Source: Candidatus Eiseniibacteriota bacterium | Lineage (GTDB): Bacteria; Eisenbacteria; RBG-16-71-46; JABDJR01; JAWXBZ01 | Length of the DNA stretch: 37,498 nucleotides | Direction of reading: 5' to 3' | NCBI GenBank assembly: GCA_034440375.1 | Contig: JAWXBZ010000196.1 | Span: forward strand, 1-37,498 | Shown: one piece after another, positions 18,170 to 25,609 of the stretch | Numbering within the stretch: the first letter of the stretch is position 1 | Layout: the number at the start of each line of letters is the position of its first letter | Position numbers and translations under genes: made by a program | Notes under the pieces: model-generated | Database searches by the model: none | What the model was told of the DNA's origin: nothing | The model's input: the letters and a program-made list of their open reading frames with translations, nothing else

Positions 18170-18270
18170 GGGGTTGATCCTCCTGATTTCAGAAAACGCG
18201 AAGTCGCGGATGAGTCGGCGGTCCGGCCAGGGCGGGACCGAATCGAATCGGTGCCAACTAGGGAGATGTC

Positions 18271-18287
18271 CGCAATGCGCATGCCAG
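18271..18287 (-). promoter_or_regulatory. sigma-54 (-24/-12) promoter for the FN3 lipoprotein
   Basis: Minus strand CTGGCATGCGCATTGCG versus consensus YTGGCACG-N4-TTGCW, exact GG-N10-GC spacing, ~100 nt upstream of the start codon. Confidence 0.7.
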
Positions 18288-18418
18288 CCGCGGGCCGCTT
18301 GGCCCTCCGATGAGCAAGAGACGTCCAAGTCACCTGAAGCAAAGCGCTTGAGCTGGGTTCCCTCACCCATTTTCGAGATGATTTTCGATGGAGAATCCCG
18401 GAGTTGCGGGGCGAATTG

Positions 18419-18454
18419 GCGCAAGCTGCACCAGGGGCCCATGCAATCTGCACG
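18419..18454. promoter_or_regulatory. Tandem imperfect palindromes; candidate enhancer-binding protein sites
   Basis: GGCGCA-agc-TGCACC and ATGCA-atc-TGCACG; cores GCAAGCTGCAC (18421-18431) and GCAATCTGCAC (18443-18453) are 22 bp apart, ~135-165 bp upstream of the sigma-54 site. Confidence 0.4.
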
Positions 18455-18470
18455 GATCGAGCGGGGTGGC

Positions 18471-20543
18471 ATGCGGCGTACAAACCAACGGCGCGGGTCT
18501 GCCCTCCTTGCCCGGGTGGTCCTGCTGGCTGCCCTCGTCGCCGCAGCCGGTGCCGCCTCGGCGTCCGACAACAACTACCACCCACCTGTTCTCGAGCCGC
18601 TCCCGGTCTCCAGCAGCTTCGGCGAATTTCGCGCCAACCACTTTCACGGCGGCATCGACTTTTCGACCTCCGGCAGGATTGGCATTCCAGTCCACGCGGT
18701 GGCGGATGGCTGGGTCTGGCGGGTGCGGGCTTCCGGTTCCGGCTATGGCCTTGCCCTGTATCTCCGGCTCAGCGATGGTCGAACCCAGGTCGTCGCCCAC
18801 CTCGACCGCGTCGCCACGGAGATCACCGGCTTCATTGCGGCAGCGCAGGAAAGTCTCGACCGCTACGAGGTCGATCTGCATCCACCCCCCGGCCGCCTGC
18901 CGGTGCGGCGCGGCGAGGTGATCGCCTGGACCGGGGAGTCCGGCGCCGGGCCGGCACATCTCCACTTTGAAATGCGCGAGGGGGAGGATGCCGGCATCGG
19001 CGTCAACCCCCGCCTGCTCGGTTTCGGTGATCGTGACGTGGCCGTTCCGGTCATCCGGCGCGTCCTCGTCGTGCCGGTAGGCGCCGGGTCCCGTGTGAAC
19101 GGGTCACCAACGATGAAGTCATTCACGGCCACCCCGATCGCCGACGGGCGTTATCGGTTGCCCGGATCGATCGACGTCACCGGCAACGTGCGCTTCGGAC
19201 TCGACGTTGTCGACCCGGCCCCGCGCGACAACCTGATGGCCCCGTATCGCGTTCAAATTGTCGAGGGGGATATCCGCCACTATGATGTGCGGCTTGATCG
19301 CGTGGACTGGACCCGGACACATGAGGTCGAGTGTTTCTTCGATCTGGCCGAGGCCGATCATGGCCGGCGCTTCGTCCTGAACTGTCAGAGGTGGCCCGGC
19401 GTCCGTGATCCCGTGTTCGGCAGCCTGCCGATCGGGGCGGGCGTTCTCGAACCGCCGCCGGCCCCCGGGCCCGGCACGCGCCGCGTAACCCTTCGCGCCT
19501 TTGACCTGGCCGGCCATGAGGCGGCTGTTGATGTCGATCTGCTGCAGCGCCCGGTCGAATCGCCGCGCTTGACCACCACGCGGGCGACGAGTTCAACCCC
19601 GGCGATCGATCTGGGCGCCGCCGTCACGGTTGCGGGCCTCACGGTTCGACAGCGGGTTCGGCAGGACTGGCGCGATCCCCGCGTGACGGTGGCCCCCCCT
19701 TTGATGAATCCACTCTCCTGGTTCGATCGCCTGATCGGCCGCGCGCCGCCACCGGCGGCTTCGCCGACCGCCCTCTGGCCGATGGGCGGAGGGGACTCAT
19801 CGGCACTCCTTTCGCCACCGTCAACGTTCGAATTCCGTCCGCGGTTGGAACTCGCGATCACCGACCCGGACGGCTCGCCCCGCACGATCGGGGTCGACAC
19901 GCTGGACATCATCGGTCTCGTGCGCGGGGAAGGACGCACCGTCCGTTTCGGGATACTGAGCCTGGCTTTTCCGGACAGCGCCGCCTTCATGCCGTTCTGG
20001 CTTGGTCTGTCCACGGCGCCCGGCGACACGGGGAACGGCCTCGTCCCGGTCTCGAAGGTCTATCACCTGGAAGCGCCTGGAATCGTGCTCGATCGGCCGG
20101 CGCGCTTCGCGATCGCGCCCGATGGCACCCCGACGCACGGCCTTGGCCTCTACCGGCGAAGCGGCGGCGGCTGGTCATGGGTCGGAAACGAGGCCGGGCC
20201 GGACGGCGTTGGGGGCAACACACGGTACCTGGGCGAACTGATGCTGGCTCGCGATGCCCGGCCGCCGGTCGTCACGCTGCTCGCTCCGGCGGCCCGCGTG
20301 CGTGAGCCTCGCCCGACCATTCGCGTGAGCATCAAGGAGGCGGGGAGCGGCCTCATCTGGCCCTTGATTTCGGCAACGCTGGACGGAGTGACGCAGCTCC
20401 TCGTGTGGGATCCGGAGTCGCGTACCCTCTCCGGTCGCTCACGCCGCCCGCTCGCCAGGGGCGCGCATCGCCTGGTCGTGACAGCCGTCGATCGCGCCGG
20501 GAACTCGACGACGGCTACCCGTGAATTTCAGGTCGTGCATTGA
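18471..20543 (+). CDS. M23 family metallopeptidase with C-terminal Ig-like domain
   Basis: Signal peptide MRRTNQRRGSALLARVVLLAALVAAAGAASA; SSFGEFRANHFHGGIDF (HxxxD), GESGAGPAHLHFEMR (HxH); C-terminal GAHRLVVTAVDRAGN. Alternative start 18441. Confidence 0.9.
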   Translation: MRRTNQRRGSALLARVVLLAALVAAAGAASASDNNYHPPVLEPLPVSSSFGEFRANHFHGGIDFSTSGRIGIPVHAVADGWVWRVRASGSGYGLALYLRLSDGRTQVVAHLDRVATEITGFIAAAQESLDRYEVDLHPPPGRLPVRRGEVIAWTGESGAGPAHLHFEMREGEDAGIGVNPRLLGFGDRDVAVPVIRRVLVVPVGAGSRVNGSPTMKSFTATPIADGRYRLPGSIDVTGNVRFGLDVVDPAPRDNLMAPYRVQIVEGDIRHYDVRLDRVDWTRTHEVECFFDLAEADHGRRFVLNCQRWPGVRDPVFGSLPIGAGVLEPPPAPGPGTRRVTLRAFDLAGHEAAVDVDLLQRPVESPRLTTTRATSSTPAIDLGAAVTVAGLTVRQRVRQDWRDPRVTVAPPLMNPLSWFDRLIGRAPPPAASPTALWPMGGGDSSALLSPPSTFEFRPRLELAITDPDGSPRTIGVDTLDIIGLVRGEGRTVRFGILSLAFPDSAAFMPFWLGLSTAPGDTGNGLVPVSKVYHLEAPGIVLDRPARFAIAPDGTPTHGLGLYRRSGGGWSWVGNEAGPDGVGGNTRYLGELMLARDARPPVVTLLAPAARVREPRPTIRVSIKEAGSGLIWPLISATLDGVTQLLVWDPESRTLSGRSRRPLARGAHRLVVTAVDRAGNSTTATREFQVVH

Positions 20544-20592
20544 GCGGCAAGGGATGCGGGCGGATCACGACTTCCGATTGATGCCGCCCAGG

Positions 20593-20601
20593 TGATAACG
20601 T
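20593..20601 (+). promoter_or_regulatory. Extended -10 (TGATAACGT) for dnaE-accA (probably leaderless)
   Basis: TG-A-TAACGT, 6 nt, then ATG 20608; no SD. Confidence 0.6.
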
Positions 20602-20607
20602 CCCGGC

Positions 20608-23600
20608 ATGACCCGTTCCAGCTTCGTTCACCTTCATAATCACTCGGACTACTCGCTGCTCGACGGCGCGCAGACGATCGACACGATGGTGTCACGCGCG
20701 GTGTCGATGGGCATGCCGGCCCTTGCGTTGACCGACCATGGCAATCTGTTCGGTGCGATCAAGTTTTACGACGCCTGCAAGAAGGCCGGCATCCAGCCGA
20801 TCGTCGGTATCGAGGCGTACGTCACACGCGGAAGCCGGACGGATCGGACCGCCAAGCACGGCCCTCAGAATCCGCTGGACCACCTCGTGCTCCTCGCCCG
20901 GAACGAGGAGGGGTATCGCAATCTCGTCCGGCTCTCGTCGTCGAGCTTCGTGGAGGGGTTCTACTACAAGCCCCGGATCGATCTCGAAATTCTCTCACGC
21001 CACTCGGCGGGACTTCTCGGTATGTCGGCCTGCCTCAACGCCGAAATTCCGAAGCTCCTGCTCGGCGGACGCGACGCCGAGGCTTTTCAGGCGGCGGGCC
21101 GGTTCAACGACCTGTTCGGTCCGGGAAATTTCTACATCGAACTACAAGATCATGACATCCCCGAGGAACAGCGGGTGATGCCGATGCTGGTCGAGCTGGC
21201 CGGCCGGGCCGGCATCCCGCTGGTGGCGACCAATGACTGCCACTACAGCCGGAAGGAGGACGCCGACGCCCACGATGTCCTCGTCTGCATCCAGACCAAC
21301 AAGTCGGTAAATGACACCAACCGACTCAAGTTCACGACATCGGAGCTCTATTTCAAGAGTTCTTTGGAGATGCGGCAGCTCTTCCGTCATCACCCGACCG
21401 CCTGCGATGCGACACTCGACATTACCGAGAAGTGCCGGCTCAAGCTCGAACTGGGCAAGGCTCAGCTGCCGCACTTTCCATGCCCGGACGGCTTCGCCGG
21501 ACTCGACGAGTATCTGAATCATGTCGCCCGCGAGGGGCTCGCGACGCGCTATCCCTCGCCCGGTGACAGCCTGTGGGAACGACTCGAGTTCGAGCTCGGC
21601 GTCATCGGCCAGATGGGGTACGCCGGCTACTTCCTGGTCGTCAAGGACTTCATTGACTATGCCCGAAAGCAGGGCATCCCGGTGGGCCCGGGGCGCGGCT
21701 CGGCGGCCGGAAGCCTGGTGGCCTACTGCCTCGGGATCACCGACATCGATCCGATCCGGTTCAACCTTCTCTTCGAGCGATTCCTCAATCCGGAACGGAT
21801 TTCGATGCCGGATATCGACGTCGATTTCGAGGATGACCGGCGCGACGAGATCATTCAGTACGTGCGCCGGAAGTACGGTGAGGAAAATGTCTGCCAGATC
21901 ATCACGTTCGGAACGATGGCCGCCCGGGGCGCCATCCGTGATGTGGGACGGGCGCTCGGGATGCCGTACGGCGACGTGGATCGTATCGCCAAGCTGGTGC
22001 CGGAGGAACTCGGCATCACCCTCGACAAGGCCATCGGCGCGGCGCCGGAGCTTTTGCAGATGGAAACGGAAGGGGGCGCCCCCGCGCGGCTCCTCAAGAC
22101 GGCGCGTGTCCTGGAAGGGCTCTCGCGCCATGCGTCGACGCACGCGGCCGGGGTCATCATATCGCCACGACGGCTGGACGAAATCGTGCCGCTGTTCAAA
22201 CCAGCCAACAAGGATGAAATCTCCACTCAATATGACATGAACTCGGTGGAGAAGATCGGCCTGGTCAAGATGGACTTCCTGGGCCTGCGAACCCTCAAGG
22301 TGATCGACCGGGCGGTCCGGCTGATCCGCGAGCTGAAGGGCGAGGTGATCGACATCGCCCGCCTGCCCTTCGAGGACCCGATCACGATGGACCTGCTCCG
22401 GGCGGGGCGTGCCATCGGCGTCTTTCAGTTCGAATCGGAGGGGATGCGCAACCTGCTGCGCCGGCTGTCGCCGGAAAACTTCGAGGATTTGATCGCCGTC
22501 TGCGCCCTGTATCGCCCGGGCCCCATGGGCTCCGGCATGGTGGACGATTTCATCGACTGCAAGCAGGGTCGGAAGGAGGTCCGGTACGAGCATCCGGAAC
22601 TTGCGCCGATCCTGGCCGCCACCTACGGCGTGATGGTGTATCAGGAACAGGTGATGCAGATCGCCTCGAGCCTGGCCGGCTACTCGCTGGGACAGGCGGA
22701 CCTGCTTCGCCGGGCCATGGGGAAGAAGAAGGCCGAGGAGATGGCCCAGCAGAAGGCCTCGTTCATCGATGGCGCCACGGCCCGTGGCATCGCGCTCCCG
22801 GTGGCCGGGAAGATCTTCGAACAGATGGCCTACTTCGCCGGCTACGGATTCAACAAGAGCCACTCGGCCGCCTACGCGCTCATTTCGTACCAGACAGCCT
22901 GGCTGAAGGCGCACTATCCGATCGAATTCATGGCCGCCTCGCTCAGTTCCGAAATGGACAAGACCAATCGCATCGTCATCCTGATCGAGGAGTGCCGGAA
23001 GATGGCGATCCCGGTGCTCCCCCCGCTGATCAATCGAAGTCGTTTTGAATTTGTCGTCGAGGAAGGGTCGATTCGATTCGGGCTCGGGGCGGTCAAGAAC
23101 GTCGGGCAGGGAGCCATCGAGGCGATCCTCGCGGCGCGGGACGGCGGGAGTGCCGACCTGGTTGGCGGGGCGGGGCCGTTCGCGAGCCTGCACGAGTTTT
23201 GCCGGCGCGTCGATCTCAAGTCGGTCAACAAGCGGGTCGTCGAGAGTCTCGTCTCGGCCGGCGCCTGCGACGATCTCCCCGGGCATCGGGCCCAGAAACT
23301 GGCCGCCGTGGCCCAGGCCATGGCCGGCGGTCAGGCCGATCAGGATGATCGGCGTGGAAACCAGATCGGCCTCTTTGGCGGCGCCGATCCGCTCGCCCCC
23401 GCACTGGTCATCGATCCGAAACTCGCGGACCACCCGGAGTGGGACCAGCCGACCCGACTCCGGGAGGAAAAGGCCGTGCTTGGTTTTTTCCTGACCGACC
23501 ATCCGCTGGCGCCGTTGCGGGAGGAGATCGCCGCGGTGGCCACCTGCGACAGCCAGACTATCGAGGAGCGGAAGTCCAACCAGGACGTTGATTTCGTCGG

Positions 23601-24213
23601 CGTCGTGTCGGCCGTGGTCCGTCGGCCGACCAAGAGCGGCAACGTGATGGCCTGGATCACGCTGGAGGACTTCGCCGGTTCGGTCGAGTGCATCTGCTTC
23701 AGCGACCTGTACGAGGCCAGCAAGGAAATTCTCGAGGTCGACCAGATCATCCTCGTCCGCGGCCGGGCCGACCGACGGGACGAGGAAGGTGCGGTCAAGA
23801 TCGTGGCGGAAGAACTGTCGCTCTTTGATGAATCCAGGCGACTGGCCCTGCATACACTGCACCTTTCCCTGCCGCTCGCGGGCACCAGCCTTGACGATCT
23901 GGTTCGGGTGCACGACATCCTGACGCGCTATCCGGGCAAGGGCGACGTCATGATTCACTTCGATACGCCGAATGGGCGGGTCAGGATCAAGGTGGGCAAG
24001 TTGCGCGTGGCCGTGTCCGGAGACATGCTCGGCGAACTTCGGGCGCAGCTTGGTTCCGAGCATGTGCGCCTGGGCGAAGCCCGGCCCCGTCCGCGCCCGG
24101 CCGCCGAACCGGCCAACCCCTGGCGCGGGGGGACGCGCCGGGCCGGAAAGCCGCGGGAAATGGTGGTGTCACGTGGCTATCGACCGGCACCAGCAAAGGG
24201 AGGCCGGGCATGA
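20608..24213 (+). CDS. dnaE: DNA polymerase III alpha subunit
   Basis: PHP HLHNHSDYSLLDG, ALTDHG, ATNDCHY; GRGSAAGSLV; catalytic MPDIDVDF and KMDFLGL; YGFNKSH; C-terminal OB fold. No intein seen. Confidence 0.98.
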   Translation: MTRSSFVHLHNHSDYSLLDGAQTIDTMVSRAVSMGMPALALTDHGNLFGAIKFYDACKKAGIQPIVGIEAYVTRGSRTDRTAKHGPQNPLDHLVLLARNEEGYRNLVRLSSSSFVEGFYYKPRIDLEILSRHSAGLLGMSACLNAEIPKLLLGGRDAEAFQAAGRFNDLFGPGNFYIELQDHDIPEEQRVMPMLVELAGRAGIPLVATNDCHYSRKEDADAHDVLVCIQTNKSVNDTNRLKFTTSELYFKSSLEMRQLFRHHPTACDATLDITEKCRLKLELGKAQLPHFPCPDGFAGLDEYLNHVAREGLATRYPSPGDSLWERLEFELGVIGQMGYAGYFLVVKDFIDYARKQGIPVGPGRGSAAGSLVAYCLGITDIDPIRFNLLFERFLNPERISMPDIDVDFEDDRRDEIIQYVRRKYGEENVCQIITFGTMAARGAIRDVGRALGMPYGDVDRIAKLVPEELGITLDKAIGAAPELLQMETEGGAPARLLKTARVLEGLSRHASTHAAGVIISPRRLDEIVPLFKPANKDEISTQYDMNSVEKIGLVKMDFLGLRTLKVIDRAVRLIRELKGEVIDIARLPFEDPITMDLLRAGRAIGVFQFESEGMRNLLRRLSPENFEDLIAVCALYRPGPMGSGMVDDFIDCKQGRKEVRYEHPELAPILAATYGVMVYQEQVMQIASSLAGYSLGQADLLRRAMGKKKAEEMAQQKASFIDGATARGIALPVAGKIFEQMAYFAGYGFNKSHSAAYALISYQTAWLKAHYPIEFMAASLSSEMDKTNRIVILIEECRKMAIPVLPPLINRSRFEFVVEEGSIRFGLGAVKNVGQGAIEAILAARDGGSADLVGGAGPFASLHEFCRRVDLKSVNKRVVESLVSAGACDDLPGHRAQKLAAVAQAMAGGQADQDDRRGNQIGLFGGADPLAPALVIDPKLADHPEWDQPTRLREEKAVLGFFLTDHPLAPLREEIAAVATCDSQTIEERKSNQDVDFVGVVSAVVRRPTKSGNVMAWITLEDFAGSVECICFSDLYEASKEILEVDQIILVRGRADRRDEEGAVKIVAEELSLFDESRRLALHTLHLSLPLAGTSLDDLVRVHDILTRYPGKGDVMIHFDTPNGRVRIKVGKLRVAVSGDMLGELRAQLGSEHVRLGEARPRPRPAAEPANPWRGGTRRAGKPREMVVSRGYRPAPAKGGRA

Positions 24214-25199
24214 GCACACCCGGTTGGCTGGAATTCGAGAAACCGATTGTCGAACTCGAAGCCAGGATCGAGGAATTGCGACAACTGAACAGCAATGGCC
24301 GTGTCGAGGTGGCCGAGGAAATCGAGAGCCTGGAGCGGAAGGCGGAACGCCTCCAGCAGGAAATCTATTCCAACCTGAACCGCTGGCAACGGGTGCAGTT
24401 GGCCCGCCATCCTCGCCGCCCCTATGCGCTCGACTACATCGACGGGCTCTCCTCGGAGTTCACCGAACTCCATGGCGATCGGCTCTTCGGTGACGACCGG
24501 GCCATCGTCGGCGGATTTGGCTTTCTGGATGACCGCCCGACCATGTTCATCGGTCACCAGAAGGGGCGCAACACCAAGGACAACATCCTTCGCAATTTCG
24601 GCATGCCTCATCCCGAGGGGTATCGGAAGGCCCTGCGCCTGATGGACCTGGCCGGGCGCTTCGGCGCGCCGATCGTGACCCTGGTCGACACGCCCGGGGC
24701 CTATCCCGGTGTCGGGGCGGAGGAGCGCGGCCAGTCCGAGGCGATCGCCCGAAACCTGCGCGACATGGCCCGCATTCCGGTCCCGATCGTCACGGTCGTG
24801 ATCGGTGAGGGGGGGTCGGGGGGGGCGCTGGCCATTGCCGTGGCCGATGTCATCCTCATGATGGAGAACTCGATCTACTCGGTCATCTCGCCGGAGGGGT
24901 GTGCGGCCATCCTGTGGGGCGATCGCACCCGGGCGCCGGAGGCGGCCGAGGCGCTCAAGCTGACCGCCACCGACCTGGGTGCGCTTGGAATCATCGACGA
25001 CATCGTGCCCGAACCGATCGGTGGCGCGCACCGCGATCCGCCCGTCGCCGTGGCCACTCTCAAGACCCATGTGGCGGCCCGGCTTGAATCGCTTCGGGCC
25101 ACGCCGGTCGATCGGCTGCTCAAGGATCGCCTGGCCAAGTACCGGAGGATGGGGTCATTCCAGACAAAGGGTTTGACACGCCCGGGTGACACTGGTTAG
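24210..25199 (+). CDS. accA: Acetyl-CoA carboxylase carboxyltransferase alpha subunit
   Basis: LEFEKPI, ARHPRRPY, ELHGDR, RNFGMPHPEGYRKALR, DTPGAYPG, GEGGSGGALA, YSVISPEGCAAILW; ATGA overlap with dnaE. Confidence 0.98.
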   Translation: MSTPGWLEFEKPIVELEARIEELRQLNSNGRVEVAEEIESLERKAERLQQEIYSNLNRWQRVQLARHPRRPYALDYIDGLSSEFTELHGDRLFGDDRAIVGGFGFLDDRPTMFIGHQKGRNTKDNILRNFGMPHPEGYRKALRLMDLAGRFGAPIVTLVDTPGAYPGVGAEERGQSEAIARNLRDMARIPVPIVTVVIGEGGSGGALAIAVADVILMMENSIYSVISPEGCAAILWGDRTRAPEAAEALKLTATDLGALGIIDDIVPEPIGGAHRDPPVAVATLKTHVAARLESLRATPVDRLLKDRLAKYRRMGSFQTKGLTRPGDTG

Positions 25200-25202
25200 C
25201 CT
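25173..25202 (+). promoter_or_regulatory. sigma70 promoter embedded in the accA 3' end
   Basis: Consensus TTGACA (25173-25178), 18 bp, TAGCCT (25197-25202); predicted start ~25209-25210 coincides with the 5' end of a long stem. Confidence 0.6.
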
Positions 25203-25209
25203 CATCACC

Positions 25210-25409
25210 GTCGGGGCTCCATTGTGTCGCCCCGCGCCGACCTGGAAAGACCTGCCCCACAGGAGCCTTCACCTATCGCATCTGGCTAAGGGTCACTGCC
25301 TGAACGGAAAGACCGGCGCCATTCCCGGAAGCTCAGGTGTGCCAACCGCGACCCATGACCAGCGCGACCACACTCTCTACGTCCGGAGGGGTGGCCTCGG
25401 CGTCCCGAC
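25210..25409 (+). ncRNA. Candidate ~200-nt structured non-coding RNA (6S-like rod or unknown motif)
   Basis: Manual pairing: GTCGGGGC 25210-17/GTCCCGAC 25402-09; GTCGCCCC 25226-33/GGGGTGGC 25388-95; TCGC 25276-79/GCGA 25364-67; CTGG 25282-85/CCAG 25359-62; GGGTC 25290-94/GACCC 25350-54; CCTGA 25299-303/TCAGG 25333-37; CCGG 25313-16/CCGG 25325-28. Directly downstream of a promoter; no credible ORF. Confidence 0.5.
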
Positions 25410-25438
25410 TGTCACCATCAGCAAGGAGACGATGACCC

Positions 25439-25609
25439 ATGCCAAGCAAGGAATTGCTGGAGCTCCTGGCCTGCACGGCCTGCAAGGGGCCCCTCGATTA
25501 CCGTGAGTCGGAGCAGAAACTGATCTGCAGGAAGTGTGGCCTGTCCTACCGGATCGAGGACGATATTCCCAACATGCTTCTCGACGAGGCGGAAAAGACC
25601 ACAGGTTGA
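25439..25609 (+). CDS. Trm112-like (UPF0434/YcaR) small zinc-binding protein, 56 aa
   Basis: Own translation (below ORF track cutoff): MPSKELLELLACTACKGPLDYRESEQKLICRKCGLSYRIEDDIPNMLLDEAEKTTG; AAGGAG upstream. Confidence 0.93.
   Translation: MPSKELLELLACTACKGPLDYRESEQKLICRKCGLSYRIEDDIPNMLLDEAEKTTG

Noticed and set aside
18241-18257. Second sigma-54-like TTGGCAC on the minus strand
   Set aside because: No GC at the -12 position (TTGGCACCGATTCGAT).
18039-18574. Long N-terminal extensions making the M23 (from 18039) and FN3 (from 18574) ORFs overlap
   Set aside because: Signal peptides, RBS and the sigma-54 motif support starts at 18471 and 18169 with a true intergenic region.
21142-24063. 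973-aa minus-strand ORF
   Set aside because: Antisense to dnaE; codon-bias shadow with no recognisable domain.
25210-25420. tmRNA, SRP RNA, glycine, cobalamin or c-di-GMP riboswitch identity for the structured spacer
   Set aside because: Only fragments match (GGGGCT, GGAAAGACC, GACCTGCC, CTAAG); the required T-arm/CCA end, GGAAGG-AGCAG, CCGAAG/CTCTCAGG, B12 box and GCAAA elements are absent.
25186-25506. 106-aa ORF across the accA-Trm112 spacer
   Set aside because: No motifs, overlaps the real Trm112 gene in another frame, and its start precedes the predicted transcription start.
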